A stretch of DNA of 64,000 bases, from NCBI RefSeq assembly GCF_009914755.1, contig NC_060926.1; one strand, given 5' to 3'. This DNA comes from the human T2T-CHM13v2.0 reference genome, Homo sapiens. Shown here one piece after another: positions 1-13,215 of the stretch (the stretch's first letter is position 1; every line of letters begins with the position of its first letter). A program made the translations under genes and the position numbers. Under the pieces are notes generated by a model. The model ran no database searches, had not been told where the DNA came from, and saw only the letters and a list, made by a program, of their open reading frames with translations.

Positions 1-9
1 TAGAATCGA

Positions 10-3000
10 ATGGAATCATCAAATGGAATCGAATGGAGTCATTATCTAATGCAATCGAATGAAATCATAGTATGGAATCCCATGAAATCAACCTGGAATG
101 GAATCGATTGGAATCATTATCAAATAGAATTGAATGGAATCACTGAATGGAATCATCATCAAATGGACTCCAACGGAATCATCGAATTGACTCTAATGGA
201 ATCATCACTGAATGGAACAGAACGGAATAATCAAATGGAAACGAATGGAATCATCAGCGAATGGAATCGAATGGTATCATCAAATGCAATCGAATGGAAT
301 CATCAATGAATGCAATCGAATGGTATAATCGAATGGAATCAAATGGAATCATCTTCGAGTGGAACCTAAAGGAATCGCCAAATGGACTCCAATGGAATAA
401 TCATCATAAGGAATCGAGTGGAATCATCGAATGTACTCGAATGGAATCATCGAATGTACTCGAATGGAATCATCGAATGGAATCGAATGGAATCATGGTC
501 GAACGGAAAAGAATGGAATCATCAAGTGGACACGAATGGAATCAACATCTAATGGAATGGAATGGAATCATCAAATGGAATGCAATGGAATCATCATCGA
601 ATGGAATAAAATGGAATAATCAAATGGAATCAAATGGAATCATCAATGAATGGAATCGAATGGTATCATGGAATGGAATTGAATGGAAACGTCTTTGAGT
701 GGAATCTAAAGGAATCACCGAATGGACTCCAATCATCAGATGGAATCGAGTGGAATCATCGAATGTAGTCGAATGCAATCATCATCGAATGGAATTGAAT
801 GGAATCAACGAATGGAATACAAAGGAATCATAGAATGGACTCGAATGGAATCATCATTGAATGGAATTAAATGGAATCATCATGGAATGGAATTGAATGG
901 AATCATGGAATGGACTCAAATGGAATCATCATCGAATGAAATCGTATGGAATCATCGAATGCAACTGAATGGAATCTTTGAATGGACTTGAAAGGAATTA
1001 TTACGGAATGGAATTGAATGGAATCATTGAATGGACTTGAAAGGAATCATCATCAAGTGGAATCGAATGGAATCGTTGAATGGACTCGAATTGAATCTTT
1101 CAATGGAATCGAATGGAATCATCATTGAATGGAGTCAAATGGAATCATCATCAAATGGAATTGAATGGAATCTTCATTGAATAGACTCGAATGGAATCAT
1201 CATCAAATGGAATCTAATCGAATCATCAATGAAGGGAATCGAATGGAATGATCATCGAATGGAATCGAATGGAATCATCAACAAGTGGAAACGAATGAAA
1301 TCATCGAATGGAATCCAATGGTGTCATCGAATGGACACGAAAGGAATCATCGAATGGAATCAAATGGAATCACCATCGAATGGAATCAAATGGAATCACC
1401 ATCGAATGGAATGTTATGAAATCATCTCATGGACTCGAAGGGAATCATCATCGAATGGAATCGAATGGAATCATTGAATGAAATGGAAAGGAATCACCAT
1501 CGAATGGAATGTTATGGAATCTTCTAATGGACTCGAAGGGAATCATCATCGAATGGAATCGAATGGAATCATTGAATGCAATTGAATGGAATCATCATCA
1601 AATGGAATCGAATGGAATCATCGAATGGAATCTGAATGGAATCATCAATGAATGGAATCAAATGGAATCATCTAATGGACGTGAATGGAATCATCATCGA
1701 AAGCAATGAAATGTAATTCAATCGAATGGACATGAATGGAATCATCATTGAATGGAATCAAATGGAATCCTCATCGAATGGAATCGAATGGAATCATCAA
1801 ATGGAATAGAATGGAGTCATCGTCGAATGTAATCGAATGTAATCATCGAATGGCATCGAATGGAATCATCGACTGGAAAAGAATGGAATCATCATCGAAT
1901 GGAAATGAATAGAATCACAGAATGAAATCGAATGGAATCATCATCGAATGGAGTCTAATGGAATAATCATCGAATGGAATAGAATGGAATCATCGAGTGG
2001 ACACGAATGGAATCATCATTGAATGCAATCGAATAGAATCATCAAATGGACTTGAATGGAAACAACATCGAATGGAATCGAATTTAGTCATTGAATGGCA
2101 TTGAGTGGAATCATCATTGAATGGAATCTAAGGAAATCATCGAATGGACTTGAGTGGAATCATCGAATGGACTGGAGTGGAATCATCGAATGGACTCGAG
2201 GGGAATCATCATTGAATGGAATCTAGTGGAATCATTGAATGGACTCGAATGGAATAATCGAATGGGCTTGAGTGGAATCATCATCAAATGGAATCAAATG
2301 GAATCATCAAATGGACTTGAATGGAAAGAACATTGAATGGAATCGAATTTAGTCATTGAATTGCACTGAGTGGAATCATCATTGAATGGAATCTAAGGAA
2401 ATCATCGAATGGACTCGAGTGGAATCATCGAATGGACTCGAGGGGAATCATCATCGAATGGAATGGACTGTAATCATCGATTGGACTCGAATGGAATCAT
2501 CATTGAATGGAATCGAATGGAATCAACGAATGGACTCGAATAGAATCATCATCGAATGGAATCGAATGGAATCAAAGAATGGACTCTAATGGAGTCATCA
2601 TCAAATGGAATCTAATGGAATCATCTAATGGACCTGAAAGGAATCATCATTGAATGGAATCGAATGGAATCATCGAATGGACTCGAATGGAATCATCATC
2701 GAATGGAATCTAATGGAATCATTGAATGGACTCGAATGGAATAATCGAATGGGCTTGAGTGGAATCATCATCAAATGGAATCGAATGCAATCATCAAATG
2801 GACTCGAATGGAATCATCGTCAAATGGAAACGAATGGAATCATCATCAAAGGGAATCGAATGGAATCCTCATCGAATGGAATCGAACGGAATCATCATCG
2901 AATGGAATCACCAAATTGAATCGAATGGAATGATCGTCAAAGACAATCGAAGGGAAACATCGAATGGGATTGAACGGAGTCATCGAATGGAATCGATAGG

Positions 3001-6000
3001 AATCATCGAATGGATTCAAATGCAATCATCATCGAATGGAAACGAACGGAATCATCGAATGGACACGAATGGAATCATCATCAAATAGGATTGAATGGAA
3101 TCATCAAATGGCATCAAATGGAATCACCATTGAATGGAATCGAATGGAATCATCGAATGGCATCGAATGGAATCATCATCGAATAAAATCAAATGGAATA
3201 ATCGAATGTACTCGAATGGAATCATCAAATGGATTTGAGAGGAATCATCATCGAATGGAATTGAACAGAATCATCAAATGGACTCGAATGGAATCCTCAT
3301 TGAATGGAATCGAATGGAATCATTGAATGGAGTCGAATGGAATCATCAGCAAATGGAATCGAATGGAATCATTGAATATCAACGAATGGAATCATCATCG
3401 AATGCAGTCAAATGGAATCATCAAACGAACTCGAATGCAATCATCATAGAATGGAATCGAATGGAATCTTTGAATGGGCCTGAATGGAATCATCATCGAT
3501 TGCAAACGAATGGAATCATCATCAAATGGAATCACATGGAATCATCAAATGGAAAAGAATGGAATAATCATAGAAAGGAATTGAACAGAATCATCGAATG
3601 AAACCGAATGGAATCATCATCGAATGGAATCGAATGGAATCATCATTGAATGCAATTCAATGGAATCATCATCGAATGGAATCGAATGGAATCATCATCG
3701 AATGGAATCGAATGGAATCATCAACGAATGGAACCAAATAGAATCATCAAATGAACTCGAAAGGAATCATCGAATGGACTCGAATGGAGTTGTCATCGAA
3801 TGGAATCAAATGGAATCATCGAACGGAATTGAATCGAATCATCATTGAATGAAATCAAATGGAATCATCGAATGGACTCGAATGGAAGCAATATCAAATG
3901 GAATCGAAAGGAATCATGGAATGCATTCAAAGGGAATAATCAAATGGACTCAAATGGAATCAACATCAAGTGGAATCGAAAGGAATCATCGAATGGACCG
4001 GAATGGAATCATCATCGAATGGAATCGAATGGAATCATCGAATGGACTTGAATAGAATCACTATCTAATGGAACCGAATGGAATCATCATGGAATGGAAC
4101 CGGAAGGAGTCATCATCAAATGGAATCCAAGGAAATCATTGAATGGACTCGAATGGAATCATCATCAACTGGAATTGAATGGAATCATCGAACGGACTCC
4201 AGTGGAATCATCGGAGAATGGAATCAAATGGAATTATCAAACGGACTCGAATGGAATAAACTTTGAATGCAATCGAAGGGAATCATCAAATGGAATTGAA
4301 TGCAATCATCGAATGGAATCGAATGCCATCACCGAATGGAATCCAATGGAATCACCATTGAATGGACTCGAATGGAATTATCATTGAATGGAATCGAATG
4401 GAATCATCGAATGGACTCGAATGGAATCATCATCGATTGGAATCAAATGGAATCATCGAATGGAATCGAAAGGAATCATCATCAACTGTAATGAACTGGA
4501 ATCACTGAATGGAATCGAATGGAATCGTCATCAAAAATAATCGAATGGAATAATCAAATGGAATCAAATGCAATCAACATCAAATGGAATCGAATGGAAT
4601 CCTAGAATGACATCGAATGGAATCCTCATCGAATGGAATCAAAGGGAATCAATATCGAATGGAATCGAAAGCAATCACTGAATGGACTTGAATACAATCA
4701 TCAAATGGATTTGAAGGGAATCCTCATTGAATGGAATAGAACAAAAACATTGAATGGACACGAATGGAATCATCATCGAATGGAATCAAATGGAGTCATC
4801 AAATGGACTCGAATGGAATCATCATCAAATAGGATCATCAATAAAATGGAATCGAATGGAGTCATCGAATGGACACGAATGAATGAACAAATGGACTCGA
4901 ATGGAAACATCAAATAGAATCGAATGGAATCATCGAAAGTAATTCAATGGAATGATTGAATGGACACGAATGGAATCATCTAATGGACACGAATGGAATA
5001 ATCATAAAATGGAATCGAATGTAATCATCAAATGGACTCGAATGAATGGAATCATTGAATGGACTCGAATGGAATCATCGAATGGACTCAAATGGAATCA
5101 TCATCAAATGGAATCGAATGGAATAATCGAATGGACTCGAATGGAATCATCAAATGGAATCTAACCGAATCGTCATCGAATGGAATCGAATGGAATCATC
5201 GAATGGAATTGAAGGCAATCATCATCGAATGGAATCGAATGGAATCATCATCAAATGGAATCAAGCGGAAGGAATCATCAAATGGAATCAAATGGAATCA
5301 TTGTTGAATGGAATGGAATGGAATGGAATCATTGAATGGAATTGAATGGGATCACCAATGAACGGAATCAAATGGAATCATCTTCTAATGGAATCGGAAG
5401 GAATCATCAAATACACTCGAATGGAATCATCATCGAATGGAATCGTGTGGAATCGTCGAATGAACTGGAAATGAATCATAATCAAATGCAATTAAAATGA
5501 ATCATCATCGAAAGGAATCACATGGAATCATCATCGAATGGAATCATACGGAAACATCACAGAATGGAATTGAATGGAATCATCAGTTGGACTCGAATGG
5601 ACTCATCAAATGTCCTCGAAGGGACGCGTCAAATGGACTCGAACGGAATCATCATCGAATGGAATCGAATGGGATCATCGAAAGGACTCGAATCAAATCT
5701 TCAAAAGGACTCAAAGGGAATCATTGTAGAATGGAAATGAATAGAGTCATCAGACAGCCTCGAATGGAAACATCATTGAATGGAATTGATTGGAAACATC
5801 GAATTCACTCGAATGGAATCATCATCTGATGGAATTGAATGGAATCATCGAATGGACACAAATGGAATCATCATCAAATGGAATCCATTGGAACGATCGA
5901 ATGGAATCGCATGGAATTATCAAATGGAATCGAATGCAATCATCATTGAATGGAATCGAATGGAATCATCGAATGGTATACAAAGGAATCACCATTGAAT

Positions 6001-6602
6001 GCCCTCGCATGGAATCATCATCATATAAAGTAGAAAGGAATCATTGAATGGACTCGAATGGAACCATCATTGAATGGAATCACCAAATGGAATCAAATGG
6101 AATCATCATCAAATGAAATCAAACGGAATCATCAAATGGAATCGAATGGAATCATCATTGAATGGATTCGAATAGAATCTTTGAATGAAATTGAATGGAA
6201 TCAGCATGAAATGGAATTTAAAGGAATCATAGAATGGTATCGAATGGAATCATCATCGAATGGAATGGAATGGAATGGAATGGAATCAGCATAGAATGGA
6301 ATCAAAAGCAATCATTCAATGGAATCTAATAGAATCATCGAATAGACTTGAATGTAATCATCATCGAATGGAGAAGAATGGAATCATCCAATGGACAGGA
6401 ATGGAATCATCCTCGAATGGAATCGAATGGAATCATATAATGGACCAGAATGGAATCATCATTGAATGGAATAGAATGGAATCGTCATCGAATGGAATCG
6501 TATGGAATCATCTAATGGACCCGAATGGAATCATCATCGAATTGAATAGAATGCAATCATCATCAAATGGAATCGAATGGAATCATCATCAAATAGAATC
6601 GA
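10..6602 (+). repeat. Higher-order unit U1, 6593 bp, type A
   Basis: Delimited by the recurring landmark ATGGAATCATCAAATGGAATCGAATGGAGTCATT(A/G)TCTAATGC. Landmarks recur at +6593 (1509/8102, 2650/9243, 4633/11226). The unit phase is arbitrary. Confidence 0.9.
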
Positions 6603-9600
6603 ATGGAATCATCAAATGGAATCGAATGGAGTCATTGTCTAATGCAATCGAATGAAATCATAGTATGGAATCCCATGAAATCAACATCGAATGGAATCGA
6701 TTGGAATCATTATCAAATAGAATTGAATGGAATCACTGAATGGAATCATCATCAAATGGACTCCAACGGAATCATCGAATTGACTCTAATGGAATCATCA
6801 CTGAATGGAACAGAACGGAATAATCAAATGGAAACGAATGGAATCATCATCGAATGGAATCGAATGGTATCATCAAATGCACTTGAATGGAATCATCAAT
6901 GAATGCAATCGAATGGTAAAATCGAATGGAATCAAATGGAATCATCTTCGAGCGGAACCTAAAGGAATCGCCAAATGGACTCCAATGGAATAATCATCAT
7001 ATGGAATCGAGTGGAATCATCGAATGTACTCGAATGGAATCATCGAATGTACTCGAATGGAATCATCGAATGGAATCGAATGGAATCATGGTCGAACGGA
7101 AAAGAATGGAATCATCAAGTGGACACGAATGGAATCAACATCTAATGGAATGGAATGGAATCATCAAATGGAATGGAATGGAATCATCATCGAATGGAAT
7201 AAAATGGAATAATCAAATGGAATCAAATGGAATCATCAATGAATGGAATCGAATGGTATCATGGAATGGAATTGAATGGAAACGTCTTTGAGTGGAATCT
7301 AAAGGAATCACCGAATGGACTCCAATCATCAGATGGAATCGAGTGGAATCATCGAATGTAGTCGAATGCAATCATCATCGAATGGAATTGAATGGAATCA
7401 ACGAATGGAATACAAAGGAATCATAGAATGGACTCGAATGGAATCATTATTGAATGGAATGAAATGGAATCATCATGGAATGGAATTGAATGGAATCATG
7501 GAATGGACTGAAATGGAATCATCATCGAATGAAATCGTATGGAATCATCGAATGCAACTGAATGGAATCATTGAATGGACTTGAAAGGAATTATTACGGA
7601 ATGGAATTGAATGGAATCATTGAATGGACTTGAAAGGAATCATCATCAAGTGGAATCGAATGGAATCGTTGAATGGACTCGAATTGAATCTTTGAATGGA
7701 ATCGAATGGAATCATCATTGAATGGAGTCAAATGGAATCATCATCAAATGGAATTGAATGGAATCTTCATTGAATGGACTCGAATGGAATCATCATCAAA
7801 TGGAATCTAATCGAATCATCAATGAAAGGAATCGAATGGAATCATCATCGAATGGAATCGAATGGAATCATCAACAAGTGGAAACGAATAAAATCATCGA
7901 ATGGAATCCAATGGTGTCATCGAATGGACACGAAAGGAATCATCGAATGGAATCAAATGGAATCACCATCGAATGAAATCAAATGGAATCACCATCGAAT
8001 GGAATCTTATGAAATCATCTCATGGACTCGAAGGGAATCATCATCGAATGGAATCGAATGGAATCATTGAATGAAATGGAAAGGAATCACCATCGAATGG
8101 AATGTTATGGAATCTTCTAATGGACTCGAAGGGAATCATCATCGAATGGAATCGAATGGAATCATTGAATGGAATTGAATGGAATCATCATCAAATGGAA
8201 TCGAATGGAATCATCGAATGGAATCTGAATGGAATCATCAATGAATGGAATCAAATGGAATCATCTAATGGACGTGAATGGAATCATCATCGAAAGCAAT
8301 GAAATGTAATTCAATCGAATGGACATGAATGGAATCATCATTGAATGGAATCAAATGGAATCCTCATCGAATGGAATCGAATGGAATCATTAAATGGAAT
8401 AGAATGGAGTCATCGTCGAATGTAATCGAATGTAATCATCGAATGGCATCGAATGGAATCATCGACTGGAAAAGAATGGAATCATCATCGAATGGAAATG
8501 AATAGAATCACAGAATGAAATCGAATGGAATCATCATCGAATGGAGTCTAATGGAATAATCATCGAATGGAATAGAATGGAATCATCGAGTGGACACGAA
8601 TGGAATCATCATTGAATGCAACCGAATAGAATCATCAAATGGACCTGAATGGAAACAACATCGAATGGAATCGAATTTAGTCATTGAATGTCATTGAGTG
8701 GAATCATCATTGAATGGAATCTAAGGAAATCATCGAATGGACTTGAGTGGAATCATCGAATGGACTGGAGTGGAATCATCGAATGGACTCGAGGGGAATC
8801 ATCATTGAATGGAATCTAGTGGAATCATTGAATGGACTCGAATGGAATAATCGAATGGGCTTGAGTGGAATCATCATCAAATGGAATCAAATGGAATCAT
8901 CAAATGGACTTGAATGGAAACAACATCGAATGGAATCGAATTTAGTCATTGAATTGCACTGAGTGGAATCATCATTGAATGGAATCTAAGGAAATCATCG
9001 AATGGACTCGAGTGGAATCATCGAATGGACTCGAGGGGAATCATCATCGAATGGAATGGACTGTAATCATCGATTGGACTCGAATGGAATCATCATTGAA
9101 TGGAATCGAATGGAATCAACGAATGGACTCGAATAGAATCATCATCGAATGGAATCGAATGGAATCAAAGAATGGACCCTAATGGAGTCATCATCAAATG
9201 GAATCTAATGGAATCATCTAATGGTCCTGAAAGGAATCATCATTGAATGGAATCGAATGGAATCATCGAATGGACTCGAATGGAATCATCATCGAATGGA
9301 ATCTAATGGAATCATTTAATGGACTCGAATGGAATAATCGAATGGGCTTGAGTGGAATCATCATCAAATGGAATCGAATGCAATCATCAAATGGACTCGA
9401 ATGGAATCATCGTCAAATGGAATCGAATGGAATCATCATCAAAGGGAATCGAATGGAATCCTCATCGAATGGAATCGAACGGAATCATCATCGAATGGAA
9501 TCACCAAATTGAATCGAATGGAATGATCGTCAAAGACAATCGAAGGGAAACATCGAATGGGATAGAACGGAGTCATCGAATGGAATCGATAGGAATCATC

Positions 9601-12600
9601 GAAAGGATTCAAATGCAATCATCATCGAATGGAAACGAACGGAATCATCGAATGGACACGAATGGAATCATCATCAAATAGGATTGAATGGAATCATCAA
9701 ATGGCATCGAATGGAATCACCATTGAATGGAATCGAATGGAATCATCGAATGGCATCGAATGGAATCATCATCGAATAAAATCAAATGGAATAATCGAAT
9801 GTACTCGAATGGAATCATCAAATGGATTTGAGAGGAATCATCATCGCATGGAATTGAACAGAATCATCAAATGGACTCGAATGGAATCCTCATTGAATGG
9901 AATCGAATGGAAGCATTGAATGGAGTCGAATGGAATCATCAGCAAATGGAATCGAATGGAATCATTGAATATCAACGAATGGAATCATCATCGAATGCAG
10001 TCGAATGGAATCATCAAACGAACTCGAATGCAATCATCATAGAATGGAATCGAATGGAATCTTTGAATGGACCTGAATGGAATCATCATCGATTGCAAAC
10101 GAATGGAATCATCATCAAATGGAATCACATGGAATCATCAAATGGAAAAGAATGGAATAATCATAGAAAGGAATTGAACAGAATCATCGAATGAAACCGA
10201 ATGGAATCATCATCGAATGGAATCGAATGGAATCATCATTGAATGCAATTGAATGGAATCATCATCGAATGGAATCGAATGGAATCATCATCGAATGGAA
10301 TCGAATGGAATCATCAACGAATGGAACCAAATAGAATCATCAAATGGACTCGAAAGGAATCATCGAATGGACTCGAATGGAGTTGTCATCGAATGGAATC
10401 AAATGGAATCATCGAACGGAATTGAATCGAATCATCATTGAATGAAATCAAATGGAATCATCGAATGGACTCGAATGGAAGCAATATCAAATGGAATCGA
10501 AAGGAATCATGGAATGCATTCAAAGGGAATAATCAAATGGACTCAAATGGAATCAACATCAAGTGGAATCGAAAGGAATCATCGAATGGACCGGAATGGA
10601 ATCATCATCGAATGGAATCGAATGGAATCATCGAATGGACTTGAATGGAATCACTATCTAATGGAACCGAATGGAATCATCATGGAATGGAACCGGAAGG
10701 AGTCATCATCAAATGGAATCCAAGGAAATCATTGAATGGACTCGAATGGAATCATCATCAACTGGAATTGAATGGAATCATCGAACGGACTCCAGTGGAA
10801 TCATCGGAGAATGGAATCAAATGGAATTATCAAACGGACTCGAATGGAATAAACTTTGAATGCAATCGAAGGGAATCATCAAATGGAATTGAATGCAATC
10901 ATCGAATGGAATCGAATGCCATCACCGAATGGAATCCAATGGAATCACCATTGAATGGACTCGAATGGAATTATCATTGAATGGAATCGAATGGAATCAT
11001 CGAATGGACTCGAATGGAATCATCATCGATTGGAATCAAATGGAATCATCGAATGGAATCGAAAGGAATCATCATCAACTGTAATGAACTGGAATCACTG
11101 AATGGAATAGAATGGAATCGTCATCAAAAATAATCGAATGGAATAATCAAATGGAATCAAATGCAATCAACATCAAATGGAATCGAATGGAATCCTAGAA
11201 TGACATCGAATGGAATCCTCATCGAATGGAATCAAAGGGAATCAATATCGAATGGAATCGAAAGCAATCACTGAATGGACTTGAATACAATCATCAAATG
11301 GATTTGAAGGGAATCCTCATTGAATGGAATAGAACAAAAACATTGAATGGAAACGAATGGAATCATCATCGAATGGAATCAAATGGAGTCATCAAATGGA
11401 CTCGAATGGAATCATCATCAAATAGGATCATCATCAAATGGAATCGAATGGAGTCATCGAATGGACACGAATGAATGAACAAATGGACTCTAATGGAAAC
11501 ATCAAATAGAATCGAATGGAATCATCGAAAGGAATTGAATGGAATGATTGAATGGACACGAATGGAATCATCTAATGGACAGGAATGGAATAATCATAAA
11601 ATGGAATCGAATGGAATCATCAAATGGACTCGAATGAATGGAATCATTGAATGGACTCGAATGGAATCATCGAATGGACTCAAATGGAATCATCATCAAA
11701 TGGACTCGAATGGAATCATCACATGGAATCAAACCGAATCGTCATCGAATGGAATCGAATGGAATCATCGAATGGAATTGAAGGCAATCATCATCGAATG
11801 GAATCGAATGGAATCATCATCAAATGGAATCAAGCGGAAGGAATCATCAAATGGAATCAAATGGAATCATTGTTGAATGGAATGGAATGGAATCATTGAA
11901 TGGAATTGAATGGGATCACCAATGAACGGAATCAAATGGAATCATCTTCTAATGGAATCGAAAGGAATCATCAAATACACTCGAATGGAATCATCATCGA
12001 ATGGAATCGTGTGGAATCGTCGAATGAACTGGAAATGAATCATAATCAAATGCAATTAAAATGAATCATCATCGAAAGGAATCACATGGAATCATCATCG
12101 AATGGAATCATGTGGAAACATCACAGAATGGAATTGAATGGAATCATCAGTTGGACTCGAATGGAATCATCAAATGTACTCGAAGGGACGCGTCAAATGG
12201 ACTCGAACGGAATCATCATCGAATGGAATCGAATGGGATCATCGAAAGGACTCGAATCAAATCTTCAAAAGGACTCAAAGGGAATCATTGTAGAATGGAA
12301 TTGAATAGATTCATCAGACAGCCTCGAATGGAAACATTATTGAATGGAATTGATTGGAAACATCGAATTCACTCGAATGGAATCATCATCTGATGGAATT
12401 CAAGGGAATCATCGAATGGACACAAATGGAATCATCATCAAATGGAATCCATTGGAACGATTGAATGGAGTCGCATGGAATTATCAAATGGAATCGAATG
12501 GAATCATCTTTGAATGGAATCAAATGGAATCATCGAATGGAATCGAATGCAATCATCATTGAATGGAATCGAATGGAATCATCGAATGGTATCCAAAGGA

Positions 12601-13215
12601 ATCACCATTGAATGCCCTCGCATGGAATCATCATCATATAGAGTAGAAAGGAATCATTGAATGGACTCGAATGGAACCATCATTGAATAGAATCACCAAA
12701 TGGAATCAAATGGAATCACCATCAAATGAAATCAAACGGAATCATCAAATGGAATCGAATGGAATCATCATTGAATGGATTCGAATAGAATCTTTGAATG
12801 AAATTGAATGGAAGCAGCATGAAATGGAATCTAAAGGAATCATAGAATGGTATCGAATGGAATCATCGTGGAATGGAATGGAATGGAATGGAATGGAATC
12901 AGCATCGAATGGAATCAAAAGCAATCATTCCATGGACTCTAATAGAATCATCGAATAGACTTGAATGTAATCATCATCGAATGGAGAAGAATGGAATCAT
13001 CCAATGGACACGAATGGAATCATCTTCGAATGCAATCGAATGGAATCATATAATGGACCCGAATGGAATCATCATTGCATGCAATAGAATGGAATCGTCA
13101 TCGAATGGAATCGTATGGAATCATCTAATGAACCCGAATGGAATCATCGTCGAAATGAATAGAATGCAATCATCATCAAATGGAATCGAATGGAATCATC
13201 ATCAAATAGAATCGA
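6603..13215 (+). repeat. Higher-order unit U2, 6613 bp, type A 5' / type B-like 3'
   Basis: Collinear with U1 at +6593 until ~11.3 kb, then +6564, then +6613 after a 49-bp block (ATCATCTTTGAATGG, ~12500) that is typical of central units. Confidence 0.88.

Noticed and set aside
3183-3188. AATAAA hexamers recurring in each unit as possible polyadenylation signals
   Set aside because: They arise easily by point mutation in this A-rich repeat, and there is no GU-rich downstream element or transcript evidence.
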